From positions 1,265,817 through 1,329,816 of the forward strand of contig CAVNZM010000013.1 in assembly GCA_963693365.1 (NCBI GenBank): DNA of 64,000 nucleotides, in the 5' to 3' direction. This DNA comes from Amoebidium appalachense. Lineage: Eukaryota > Protista > Ichthyosporea. Numbering within the stretch: position 1 is the first letter of the stretch; every line of letters starts with the position of its first letter. This document shows positions 44,525 through 54,848 of the stretch, in pieces. A program made the position numbers and the translations under genes. A model generated the notes under the pieces. The model made no database searches. It was not told the origin of the DNA and saw only the letters and a list, made by a program, of their open reading frames with translations.

Positions 44525-47500
44525 AAAGAAAATAATAATAATTAAAAACCTAACGTAAAAATTGAGACAAAAAACAAATAAAAGAAAAACAAGAACAACA
44601 TCAAAACACAAAAACGTAACCATCATCACCACCACCACCACCAAAAAAAGAAAAAGAAAAGAAAAGAAAGAAGGGAAAAAAAAAAACAAAAAAACAAAAA
44701 ACAAAAAAAACATACCGCTTATAAGGCCTGTGGCGAATCCCTCGAAAGCCGTCAGGTTTCCATCCCACACAGCCCCGTCCTGAAGACACTCTGCCCTCGA
44801 GTGAACCCTCTGTGCACGGGCATGAAGGAACATGGTCTTGATTTGCTCTGTGCGTGTGTGCACGTGTTAGTGAGGGGTTGGGGTGGGTGGTGGTGGTGGG
44901 GGGGGGGGAGGGGAGGGAGGGGGGGGGGGGGTATTTGTTTGTTTTCTTCCGGATTGCTCCGACAAATCTCTCCTGCAAGTCATGTCTGAAATGATGTCTC
45001 TTTTCTTCATTCCTTTTCTTTCTTCTCCCCTCCTTCCTTTTACCTTCCCCCCCTCCCAACCGCGGGAGGGGGGGGGGGGGGGGGGGGGGGAACCAAAGGG
45101 ATGAGAAAATGAAAGCCCCCCCTCCCCCCCAAACCCACCCTCTCACCCACACACCCACCCACACACACACATACACACACAAAAAAAAAAGAAGAAAAAA
45201 AACAAAGGAGGTAAGAAAGATAAAAGAAAAAGTAAAAGAAAAAAGGAACAGAAAGGCAAAAAAAAGAAGAGACGGGTGGGGTGAAGGGGGAAAAACCGGG
45301 AAAACACTTACCATAAACCGGGAACAGGCATGCCGTAAAGGGCACCTCCCTGTATATTGTGGCCAGATACCCCCTATAGTATCCCCTTAGACCCTCCTGC
45401 CTGCCGATGGAGATCGCAGCATCGCGGAAGGAGACGTAACGGTGGTGGCTGCTCGATATGGCCTGCGCCTGCATACGCGTCTTGATCACCTGGTCGGGAA
45501 AAAAAAATAAAAAATCAACAAAAAAAAAAAAAAAACAGCGAAAAACAAACGCTGTGAGTGAAACTGATCAAAGGTCTAGAGTTGGCATTTGGTTTTCTTG
45601 TGGCATGAATGAAACTGAGTACGCCAGACTCAGCATAATGTCGGAAATCTCCTTTTTTTGGGAACAGCTAATCACCAAAAAAGGCAAAATGCAAAATGTC
45701 GTAAATCGCCATAAAAAGACAACCTCGAGAAATACCGGCCTAGTCGTTAACGCGAAATCGCATGATCTAACTAGATTGCGACTCTTGATCGAACGGTGTG
45801 GGTAAACAAACATACGGGCTCATACACGTGTGCATGCACATGTGCATATGTGCCTGTGTGCCCTGTGCCCACATGTGTGCGAACATACACGTATGTGTAC
45901 GTGCACGCCCGCGCGCCCACACACACACACACACACCTCGAACGGGTTGTATATGCACGATGCAAAGAGGTCGCCCGGTCCCCCGCCCACACATGTGTGC
46001 ATGCATGTGCGGCTGTGTGCCTGTGTCTGTGTGCATGTGTGCCTGAGCCAGCATGTGTGTGCACATACGTGTGAGTTCACGAGCACGCACGCACCCGCAC
46101 ACCCACCTCGAACGGGTTGTATATGCACGACACCAAGAGGCCACCCCCCCTTCCCCCCATCATCACGCCCACACACACGTGTGCATGCATGTGTGTGTTT
46201 GTGGCACCTGGGCGCACTTGTATCCTGTGCCAACATGTGTGTGAACATACACATATATGTACATGCACGCGCATGCATACCCCCCCACACACACCCACCT
46301 CGAACGGGTTGTATATGCACGAAGCAAAGAGGTCACCCAGCCCCCCGCCAATAAAATGAATCACCGGAGCTGGCACGTTTGTGCTGTGTGTCATACAGTG
46401 CTTGAAAGACTGTGTGTGGGTGGCAAAGTGTCAGATCTCCATTACGCATTCGGGTCAAAGGGTAAACACATCGAAACGAAAATTACCAAAACAACTGGGA
46501 ATCCCACTCCCTTCATCCCCCCCCCCCCCCCCCCCCATCCCCATCCCCCTCTTCTTCCCCCCCCCCCCCCCCCCCCACCCCACCCCACCACCACCACCAC
46601 CACCAACCACTCACACACACAGGCATACGTGTGCACACGCACCACCATCACAATGGCCACTAGGAGCAAAAAAACAGAAAAAGAAGAAGAAAAACGGACA
46701 CACAAATAGTTCAGGGAGCCGAGGAGAAGACTTCAACGCCCCCCGCCGGAGGAGGGGGAGGGGGGGGGGGGGGGGACGGGGGGGTGATGTGATGACAGCA
46801 GGTGGTGGGGTGGATAGGAGGGATGGCGGGACTCTCAAAAAAGGAGGGGAGGGAGGACTGGGATATTGCACACATCATTAAAGCATCGATCAAGACACGC
46901 AAAGACAACTTCCCCCCTCCCCTTCTTTTCAGACCATTTCCGACTTCAATTTCTTGTTTCTTTTTATTCGCATTTTGCTTTCCTTTTTTTCTTTCTTTTA
47001 CTTTCCTTTTCTCTTCCTTTCTTTTTTTTTTTTTTTTTTTTGAAGAAAGGGGGGGGGGGGGGGGGGGGGGGGGTTTGAATGCGTCAAAAAGTACGAAGTA
47101 CACAAGAACAAACGGATAACACGATGCAGAATGCAAGCCATACATAAAGAGTATGCATAATAAGCAGAGCCCATCCTCAGGGGGGGCCCACGTCATCCAC
47201 AGTACCCGAGTTTCGACCTATTCCCCTCGTTAACGAAACCCAACTCAGATACTGTTTCACTTGAACATGAGTAGGTCACCCGTCTTGATCAGAGACGAGC
47301 AGGGTTGCTTATGCAGGCAAGGGCAGTGGGAAAGGCCGGGGGTTAAAGTTGCAGCAGTAAGCAGAAGCAAGAAAAATATAGATAGGAACTCAGGAGACGG
47401 GGCTTCTAGGAAGCTCCCCCGTCGATACCTAAGTCGATACTTCCCTGGCTAACATACTACACCAGCTGAAAAGAATTAGGTCCCGAAGGCCGCAGAATTC

Positions 47501-47959
47501 GTAATCAGAGGGGAAAATATGAGATTGGGGGGGGGGGGGGGGGGGGGTTGCAATCACCTCATAGAAGGTGAAGTAAACCATCGACGACACCAGAGCGCCG
47601 GCTGCAGCGGCGGTACCCCCTCCATAGAGACCCGAAAGACCCTCTGTGATTGGCAAGCAAATAAGTTTATTTTTTAAAGACACTTAAAGTCATGTGGTCT
47701 CAGGGGACCCTTTCATTTCAAACTGTGATGTTGGTACCATCTTTCGTGTTCTTGTGTTGGGGAGGGATGCGTGGTTCGAAGGGCGGAGGTGTGTGTGTGT
47801 GGGTGTATGTTTGTGTGCGTGTGTGTGTGTGTGTGCGCGCGCGCACGTGTGTGTGTGTGTCTCTCTCTGTGTGTGTGGGTGCTTGCGCATGTGCGTGTGT
47901 TTGCGTTTGTGTGCGTGTTGGGCGTGTGTAGGTGTGTGTGTGTGTGTGTGTGTGTGCGC

Positions 47960-47990
<31 letters not shown>

Positions 47991-48574
47991 CGCGCGTTTT
48001 TGCATGTGCCCACGTTGGGGTTAGGAAGCGGGGTGCACAATGAATCGCAAAGTAATCTTTGAAGTCTAAAAAAGGTTTCGACTCTCTTCTTTCTCCGTGA
48101 TTAACTCATATTTCTCCTTTGCTTCAACGACAACAAACGGGGCCACAGAGAACGAAGTGCACCTTCATTACGGACAACACAATGCCAATTCCGCAAAACA
48201 ACCCCCCCCCCCCCCCCCCCCCTCCCCCCCCCCAACACACACACACACACTCCCCACCGACGAAAAGGGCACACACACAGAGATGTGTATATTAAGCACC
48301 GCCAGGTGGGGAGGGGGAGGGGAGGGGGGGAGGGGAGGGGGGCTTTGAAGGGGGGGGGCTTCTACACACACCATGTTGTAGAATGGAGGTGAAGGCATGG
48401 GGAGCATGTCTGTAGGGGCTGTTGGGAGCCTGAAGGCGTGTCTTCACTGTGTCGATGCTGCACAGATGCAAACATTAGACATGTGTGCGCATGTGTTTGC
48501 ATGTGAGTGTGTGGGCGGTGGAGCGGGTAGGCAGGTCGGATGAGGGAGCAGGGGGGCAAGGCAAGGAGTGTGTG

Positions 48575-48608
<34 letters not shown>

Positions 48609-49316
48609 CTCGCCCGGTACGTGTGGTAGATGTGTGCGAGTATGTGCGCATGTGCGCATGTGTTTGCATGTATGCCTGTGTTTGTGTGTATGTGTGTGCA
48701 GATGTGTGTATGTGTGCGTGTGCGTGCGGGCGTACGTGTGCAGCGTGTGTGTGTCGCGTGTGTGCGTTATGTGTGGGTGGGTTTCCATGTATTCCTGTGT
48801 TTGTGTATGTATATGTGTGGGCATATGTGTGTATGTGTGTGTGTGTGTGCGCGCGCGCGCGGGAAAGCACGTGCCTACTGTGCAGGATGTCTATGGGTGT
48901 GTGCATGTGAGTGTGCATGTGTTTGTATGTGTGGGTGGGCGGGGGGGAGGGAGGGGGAGGGGACACCAAAGCACCTACAAGGCTGCAAACAGTGAACTAT
49001 CAAATGCAAAAAAAAACACGGTCCTTTTTAGCACGACAAGAAGTGCATAATACCTAATACTAAGAGGAGGGTGTTGGGCATACGTTTAACAAGAGCAAGA
49101 ACAAGATAAATTCGTGCTGGATGGCTTGAAAGATGCATATATTGGCATTCGCACAACTGTACGGGATGCGCACGGAGGAACTGCATAGGCACGAGCTTTT
49201 ATAGACAGCTAGATCTAAGCCTGTGGGCACGCACACACACACGCGCACACACACACGCACACACACACACACACAAAAAAAAAAGGGCAGGCATAGGTGC
49301 ACCGAACACAATTAGA

Positions 49317-49370
<54 letters not shown>

Positions 49371-49634
49371 CACACACTAACACAAACACCATGTACCCCC
49401 CCCCCCCCCCCCCCTCCCCACCTCCCCCCCCTCCCCCAACGCACTTAAACACAGACCCCAACAGACATCAATCAGCAACACTCACCCGTGGCACATCCAG
49501 TCACCCGAAACACCAGCAAAAACACCAGCGAAAAGAGTCTCCCCGAGTAAGGGCTCGTCCTCGATTGTTGAGTTCTCGCCACTTCCAAAATTCTGGCTCA
49601 CGGGCACTTCCTTGCTGTGTGATTCAATACTCAT
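42198..49634 (-). CDS. Mitochondrial carrier (SLC25), Mme1/YMR166C-like (SAM-carrier-related subfamily)
   Basis: Exons 49634-49486, 48457-48372, 47643-47558, 46409-46299, 45489-45312, 44847-44716, 44123-44062, 42936-42829, 42639-42565 and 42239-42198 (last exon tentative). Three carrier repeats: [40 protein letters not shown]. The non-Pro first motif, [15 protein letters not shown] and [17 protein letters not shown] resemble yeast Mme1 as recalled. Confidence 0.88.
42388..42519 (-). mobile_element. Subfamily B 3' fragment between two poly-G runs
   Basis: TGTATGCATCAGAGAG and GCAGAAGATACTTGCACAGAG match the 28 kb and 44 kb copies. Confidence 0.55.
43804..44031 (-). mobile_element. Subfamily B copy (in carrier intron) with perfect CUGAUGA
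   Basis: Minus strand reads AAAGTATGGGTT-GGG..AGGTCGAAACCCATGCTTT..CCC-CTGATGA-TGGGCTCTG. The 3' part matches 28013-28150. G-rich runs flank both ends. Confidence 0.8.
45925..46345 (-). repeat. Three copies of carrier exon-4 3' end plus donor
   Basis: CACCTCGAACGGGTTGTATATGCACGA at ~45934, 46104 and 46296 (the last is the real junction). Confidence 0.92.
47074..47505 (-). mobile_element. Poly-C-tailed structured repeat, subfamily A, longest copy (in carrier intron)
   Basis: About 99% identical to 56812-57242 (about 4 differences by eye). Ends GACGCATTCAAA followed by C25 (G run 47049-47073 on +). Confidence 0.9.
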
Positions 49635-49993
49635 TTTCTAACAAAAATGTAGCTATTTCGGGTATCCAAACAAAATAAACCCGAGAAAAGACTAACAGAA
49701 CCTGTACCATTGCCCTGTTTTTGTTATGGTAACTACAGGCTAGAACTCAGATGTTGCCAAACGAAAACTAAAAGGTGTTTTGGCAACAGCACTTACACAC
49801 GGATCGTTCAAACCTCCTAAAGACAGAAAGCAAATTAGCAATATTTTATGATCGCTCCAAAAAATATAATAAATGCCTAAGGCAATAAAGCATGATATAA
49901 ATCATCAACTGAAACCTTGAGAAAGCTTTCTCTGATGATGAGATCTCGTTTCCGCACGTGTGCCCTTTTGGCCGTTCCATTCCACGCCGCATT

Positions 49994-50162
49994 CCAATTC
50001 ATTAGGAACACTTCGCTTATTGGCTTGCGGTCAGGGGGGATAGATTATCCGCTAGATTATTTAACCTGAGAAACCAATCAAATACAAATAGTTTGACTAG
50101 AACCCCATATATGGTTATTCCATTGTTCGCCAGGAAGCCCGGCAATAAATAGATGCGCCAAT
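49994..50162. promoter_or_regulatory. Putative bidirectional promoter with four CCAAT boxes
   Basis: CCAAT/ATTGG at 49994, 50019, 50074 and 50158, inside the 774 bp between divergent ATGs 49634 and 50409. A (GA)n tract follows at ~50205-50320. Confidence 0.5.
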
Positions 50163-50408
50163 CAGCGCGTAGTGGCTTAGTGGCTTAGCTTTTGCGTAAA
50201 TTCAGAGAGAGGGCGAGAGAGAGAGAGCCTGAGAGAGAGAGAGAGAGAGGGGGGGGGAGGGAGAGACTGAGAGAGAGTTGAGAGAGTGAGAGAAAGAGCG
50301 GGACACACACATTGAGAGAGAGTTCAAGCCAAAACATCGCAACCAAGAACTCTGGTACACAGCAAGCTCGTTAGAACCTGTTCATGTAGTGTAAGACCAC
50401 TAAACGTC

Positions 50409-52097
50409 ATGGCAAATAAAAGCAGCGAACCGCTGGGCCTAGATGCCGACTCCTCAACTTCGGCTGAGGAAGGCATAGTGCTTACCACACGCAGGAGTAG
50501 CGCTGATGTGCCAACAGAGATTCTCGTTCCTAATTCACAAACACACACAAACACACCCGGTGCTATCAGTGAGAACGGAAAAGAGGGAAATGAGAGAGGC
50601 AAACCACACGCTTCCCACTTGAGTGCAACGGGCTCGAGAGGGAGGGGCCTGCCAGGCTTTATCGAGGAAGATGAAGTGAGAGGGCATGGGAGCAAGGGCG
50701 GCCGGAGTTCTTCCGTCGCGAATCCTACACGGAAAGGGCAAGTTATTTCAGAGGCGAGAAAGAGTATACACATCAGCACACTACCCCGTCTTTCCAAGGA
50801 GAGCATGGACCGTGCATCGTGTGAATCATTTCGCCCATCTGCGGTGTCGATTACAGTCATGCGCGCCGACCGAACCACACAGGTTTACAGCACGTGGGAC
50901 GCATTCCAAGCACAAACACAAGTGGAGTTAGAGAGGTCGAGGAGCGAAAAGACGTTCTTTTGGCTTGATTTCACGGGTGCGGACGAAATCATCGCCAAGA
51001 AACTGGAGGGCATGTTTGGGCTGCATCCACTCACTTGCGAGGACATTTTGGCCTTGGATACACGAGAAAAAGTGGAGCTATACGAGGACTACCTTTTCTC
51101 TTCCTTCCGCGCCCTCTCCGATCCAAGCTCCCATGCCCCATCGGCCGATGTGTGGTCCAGCTATGATGGGATGAATGTCTCCGTGTGTGTCTTCGGCACC
51201 TATGTTCTCACGTTCCACCCGGATTATTGTCGTGCGATGGAGGATGCAATAAGCGACATGCAGAAACCCGTGTCGCATTTGCAGCCAGATTGGGCTCTGT
51301 TCCTTGTTCTGGACAGGGTGATGGCGGTGGTGCCAAACATGGCAATGGCCCTCGAAGACGAAGCGGACGCCATTGACGAATTGATGAACGATTTAGGGCC
51401 GGAGGATAGGTTCGACACGTTACAGAGAATCGACCTCGCAGCAAAACATTTGTCAAAGTTATCCCAGCGGGTTAGAAGCAAACGAGACATGTTGCTTGTG
51501 TTGACCGGATCGGCATCCTTCTACCAAGTGTCGGTGAATCATTCTGTAGCCGGCGGGCAGAGACCGGAAACGCTGTCGGGTCGGGGTGGCGATGGATTAC
51601 ACGCAGAAGAAAACATGAGCGGAATTGGTGGTGGCAGTTTGGCCGGCAGCGGTTTGGAAAAGGAGAGCGCCCGCGTTCGAGCAATGGGAATGACCACGGC
51701 GGCAAGAAACGCGCCTTCGCGCATCCCTCACGTCGCCAAGGAGACTTTCTTGTACTTCCGCGATCTTCTGGATGACGCGAGGGAAGCGGTGACGAAGCTG
51801 GATTCTTGCCGTGGGGTATTGAACGATGTCCAGGCGGCGAAGGTGGCAGACATCAGGGTCGGTTTACTGCACACGAGCGAGGAAAGCACGGGAAGTTTGG
51901 GGAAACTTTTGCTTGCGCAGGCGCTTTTTCTCCCCATGATGTGCTTGACGGCGAGTTTTTCGTGGAATATCCTTATTCCGTTTCAGGGTGGGGAGGATGG
52001 TATGGAGAACCTGTATGCGTGGTTTGGGATTCTGTTTGCTTGTTTCTTGTTGGGTGTGGCGATCTTTACATGGGCGTACAAGGAAAAATTGATATAG
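50409..52097 (+). CDS. CorA/Alr1/Mnr2-family divalent cation (Mg2+) transporter, intronless, 562 aa
   Basis: FWLD..FGLHPLTCEDIL..REKVELYEDYLF, VLTFH, PDWALFLVLD and LYFRDLLD motifs, plus two C-terminal TM helices (LPM..FSWNILIP..AWFGI). Confidence 0.92.
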   Translation: MANKSSEPLGLDADSSTSAEEGIVLTTRRSSADVPTEILVPNSQTHTNTPGAISENGKEGNERGKPHASHLSATGSRGRGLPGFIEEDEVRGHGSKGGRSSSVANPTRKGQVISEARKSIHISTLPRLSKESMDRASCESFRPSAVSITVMRADRTTQVYSTWDAFQAQTQVELERSRSEKTFFWLDFTGADEIIAKKLEGMFGLHPLTCEDILALDTREKVELYEDYLFSSFRALSDPSSHAPSADVWSSYDGMNVSVCVFGTYVLTFHPDYCRAMEDAISDMQKPVSHLQPDWALFLVLDRVMAVVPNMAMALEDEADAIDELMNDLGPEDRFDTLQRIDLAAKHLSKLSQRVRSKRDMLLVLTGSASFYQVSVNHSVAGGQRPETLSGRGGDGLHAEENMSGIGGGSLAGSGLEKESARVRAMGMTTAARNAPSRIPHVAKETFLYFRDLLDDAREAVTKLDSCRGVLNDVQAAKVADIRVGLLHTSEESTGSLGKLLLAQALFLPMMCLTASFSWNILIPFQGGEDGMENLYAWFGILFACFLLGVAIFTWAYKEKLI

Positions 52098-52280
52098 ATC
52101 TGTAAATGACTGTGCCCCCCCCCCCCCCCTCAGAGGTGTCCTTTCAGGACAGACCACTGTGTGGAGACATCTTTACTTCCATGCAACCGGGCATGGTTGC
52201 TCTGTGTCGTGCATCTGTAAGCACACGCGTTTGTCGCTGCACTGCATTAGTTTGCACACACATCTTCACCGTTTTGCTCA

Positions 52281-52563
52281 CCTTGCTTGCATAAGCAACC
52301 CTGCTCGTCTTTGATCAAGACGGGTTGACCCACCCAAGTTCAGTTGATGCTGCTGTCTGAGTTGGAGCGTCGTATATACGCGGGCTAAGGGGTCGAAACT
52401 CAGACGCAATTGATGACTTGGGCCCTCCCTGAGGATGGGCTCTGCTTATGACGCATACTGTGCGCATGGCTGATGCTGCATAGTTGAATGTTTGCCTTTG
52501 CATGTGTCCTGCACCATGCTTCTCATCGTGTATGCGTACTTCGTACTGTGTTCCGCATTCAAA
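52281..52563 (+). mobile_element. Diverged subfamily A copy downstream of the CorA stop
   Basis: Shares GCATAAGCAACCCTGCTCGTCT, TCTGAGTTGG, GGTCGAAACTC, GATGACTTGGGCCC, CTGAGGATGGGCTCTGCTTAT, GTACTTCGTACT and GCATTCAAA followed by poly-C. Confidence 0.85.
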
Positions 52564-53022
52564 CCCCCCCCCCCCCCCCCCCCCCCCCTCCCCTCTCCCC
52601 CTCCCCTTCCCCCTCCCCCCTCCCCCCAACCTCCCCCCCGGACTACGTTCTCACAAGAGGTTGAGGGACGGGGAGGGAGCACACAGACACACACTTAAAC
52701 ACAGACACACACTTAAACACAGACACACACACACACGGAATACAATACACACACACAGCCACACCATTATATTTAGTGTAAGGCATACATGGTGCTCAGG
52801 GAATATGTCGAATGCTTTGATGTGAAGTTTGTTGTAAGATGTAACTGTGTGTGTGTTTGTCAGTGTGTATGTTGGTGGTGGTGGTGGTTGTGGTGGGGGT
52901 GGAGGGGGGGGGAAAGGGGGGGAAATGTGGTAGGTTAATGAGATAGGTTCTATTGGGGTTGGGGTTGAGTAGCTGTGGTCTATTCTATCCAAGGAAACAC
53001 ACGTGCGCACCCACGCACTCAT

Positions 53023-53096
<74 letters not shown>

Positions 53097-54497
53097 ACGT
53101 CATCTACATGCACGAGGATGAAGCTTGCGAGCCATTGTTTCATTCTACACACACGGGCGTAAGTATATGCTTTATTATATGGCTGGCTTTGAGTGAATGT
53201 ATATACCAGAAACGCATACAGATTATGATAACGCAACGCAAAGAGTTAAAAGCAGTGCTAGCATTACCACGTTCGTTGTGTATGTATAGTGTGCGTAATC
53301 AATGTGAAACTTGAGCACATACGTATGGCAAAAACCCCGTTGTCGTTAACAGTTTATTTTTGAACCCTGTAAATTCATGTGCTTGTTACGTACATGTGGA
53401 GCTAACAGCCAAGCGCCATAGCTAGAGGATGTTATATGTATGATAGGGTGATATTAGATGTTGTTATATCTGATGCATTATGATATTAAAGCCTGTGCAA
53501 TACTTAGTTGATGGCTATTACTTGAGGTGAGGTGTATATATTTATAGCTTGGAATTCAGATTGCATCGAATGAAAAACCCGTGAATTTGCCGTACAGTGG
53601 GCCCGGGCATGCATGGTTTCTGTCTGGAATTGGAGTCACTGGCAAAATTACACTTTTCCAGATTGATTTTCCCTCCACTTCCCCCCCCTTCCCCCCCCCC
53701 CCCCCCCCCCCCCCTCCCCTCCTTCCCCTCCCCGAAATCATGCATCCGTTGTGCAGGTGCCATTTTCATATCAACGGGCACTTGTGCTTTTCACGTTAAT
53801 AACCCCCCCCCCCCCCCCCCTCCCCCCTCCCCCCCCTCCCCGGCCGGGGGGCCCCCGGTAGCTGGCCCCGGTCATGGGCCCTCCTAATAACTCTAATAAC
53901 GGTTTTGGTGTAGGTGCATTTGTTGCAGAACCTTTATTGAGTTGTCAGCCGTGCATGCATATTGGTGGTAATCCGTACTCCGGCCTTGCAATTGTAACAA
54001 ACTCGAAACCCCCCCCCCCCCCCCCCCCCCCCCCTCCTGGGGGCATGACGACCACCACCACCACCACCACCGGCCAAGCCTACAAAGAGAAACATGCATA
54101 TGCCACCCGTTCGAAACGGAATCGCATTCTTACCACAGCACTCAGTCTTCTTTTCAATGATATCCGAACCGTTTCCCGTGTGCGATTATGTTGTACGTGC
54201 ACATTTACTGGTCGTATATACACGCCGGTACCAAATTAAGATCATGTGCACCAACTTATAAACAACAAATCATCACCTCTCTTCAACAGGTACATGCATG
54301 CCGCGATCGATCGGAGCCTGCAACAACAATTAAAGAGATATATTGTTGATTTTCATTCTAGCTGTTCGGGCCTAAAAAGCCAAAATTTCGATCGAACGAA
54401 ACCTGCATCTCTCTCCCTCGAAGCTTCCCTCGGAGTCTCTTTCTGCTCCCTCTCTCCCTTCCTTCCTCCCTCTCTCGCTCTCTCCCCACTCTCCCTC

Positions 54498-54536
<39 letters not shown>

Positions 54537-54644
54537 ACACACACACACCTCTTGAGACTCTCTCTCCCTCTCTCCCTCTCTCTCCCTCTTCTCCCCCCTC
54601 CCCCCCCCCCCCCCCCCCCCCCCTCTCTCCCCCCCCCCGCTCTC

Positions 54645-54678
<34 letters not shown>

Positions 54679-54797
54679 CTCCCCTTCCTTTCCCCTTCCT
54701 GGCCCCTCCTCCCTCCCTCCCTCCCTCCCCCCCCCCCCCCCCCCCCCCCCGCCCTCCCTCCCCTTCCTTTCCCCTTCCTGGCCCCTCCTCCCCTCCC

Positions 54798-54848
<51 letters not shown>

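Noticed and set aside
47167-47189. Simple hairpin GGGCCC..GGGCTC enclosing CUGAGGA as the conserved structure
   Set aside because: It is broken in the 44 kb copy (GGGAAC), whereas the hammerhead-type stems covary. It may still be a competing inactive fold.
47190-47310. Resemblance of the repeat to 5S rRNA (CTCGTCT..GATC; GGAATA..CGGGTACTGT)
   Set aside because: The matches are short and patchy, not retained in subfamily B, and no 5S fold or internal control region is evident.
47261-47452. Identical 63 aa ORF ([10 protein letters not shown]..) here and at 56998-57189, and the MTWAPPEDG.. ORFs
   Set aside because: They lie within the repeat, start at non-ATG codons, and are not preserved in diverged copies, where base pairing rather than codons is conserved.
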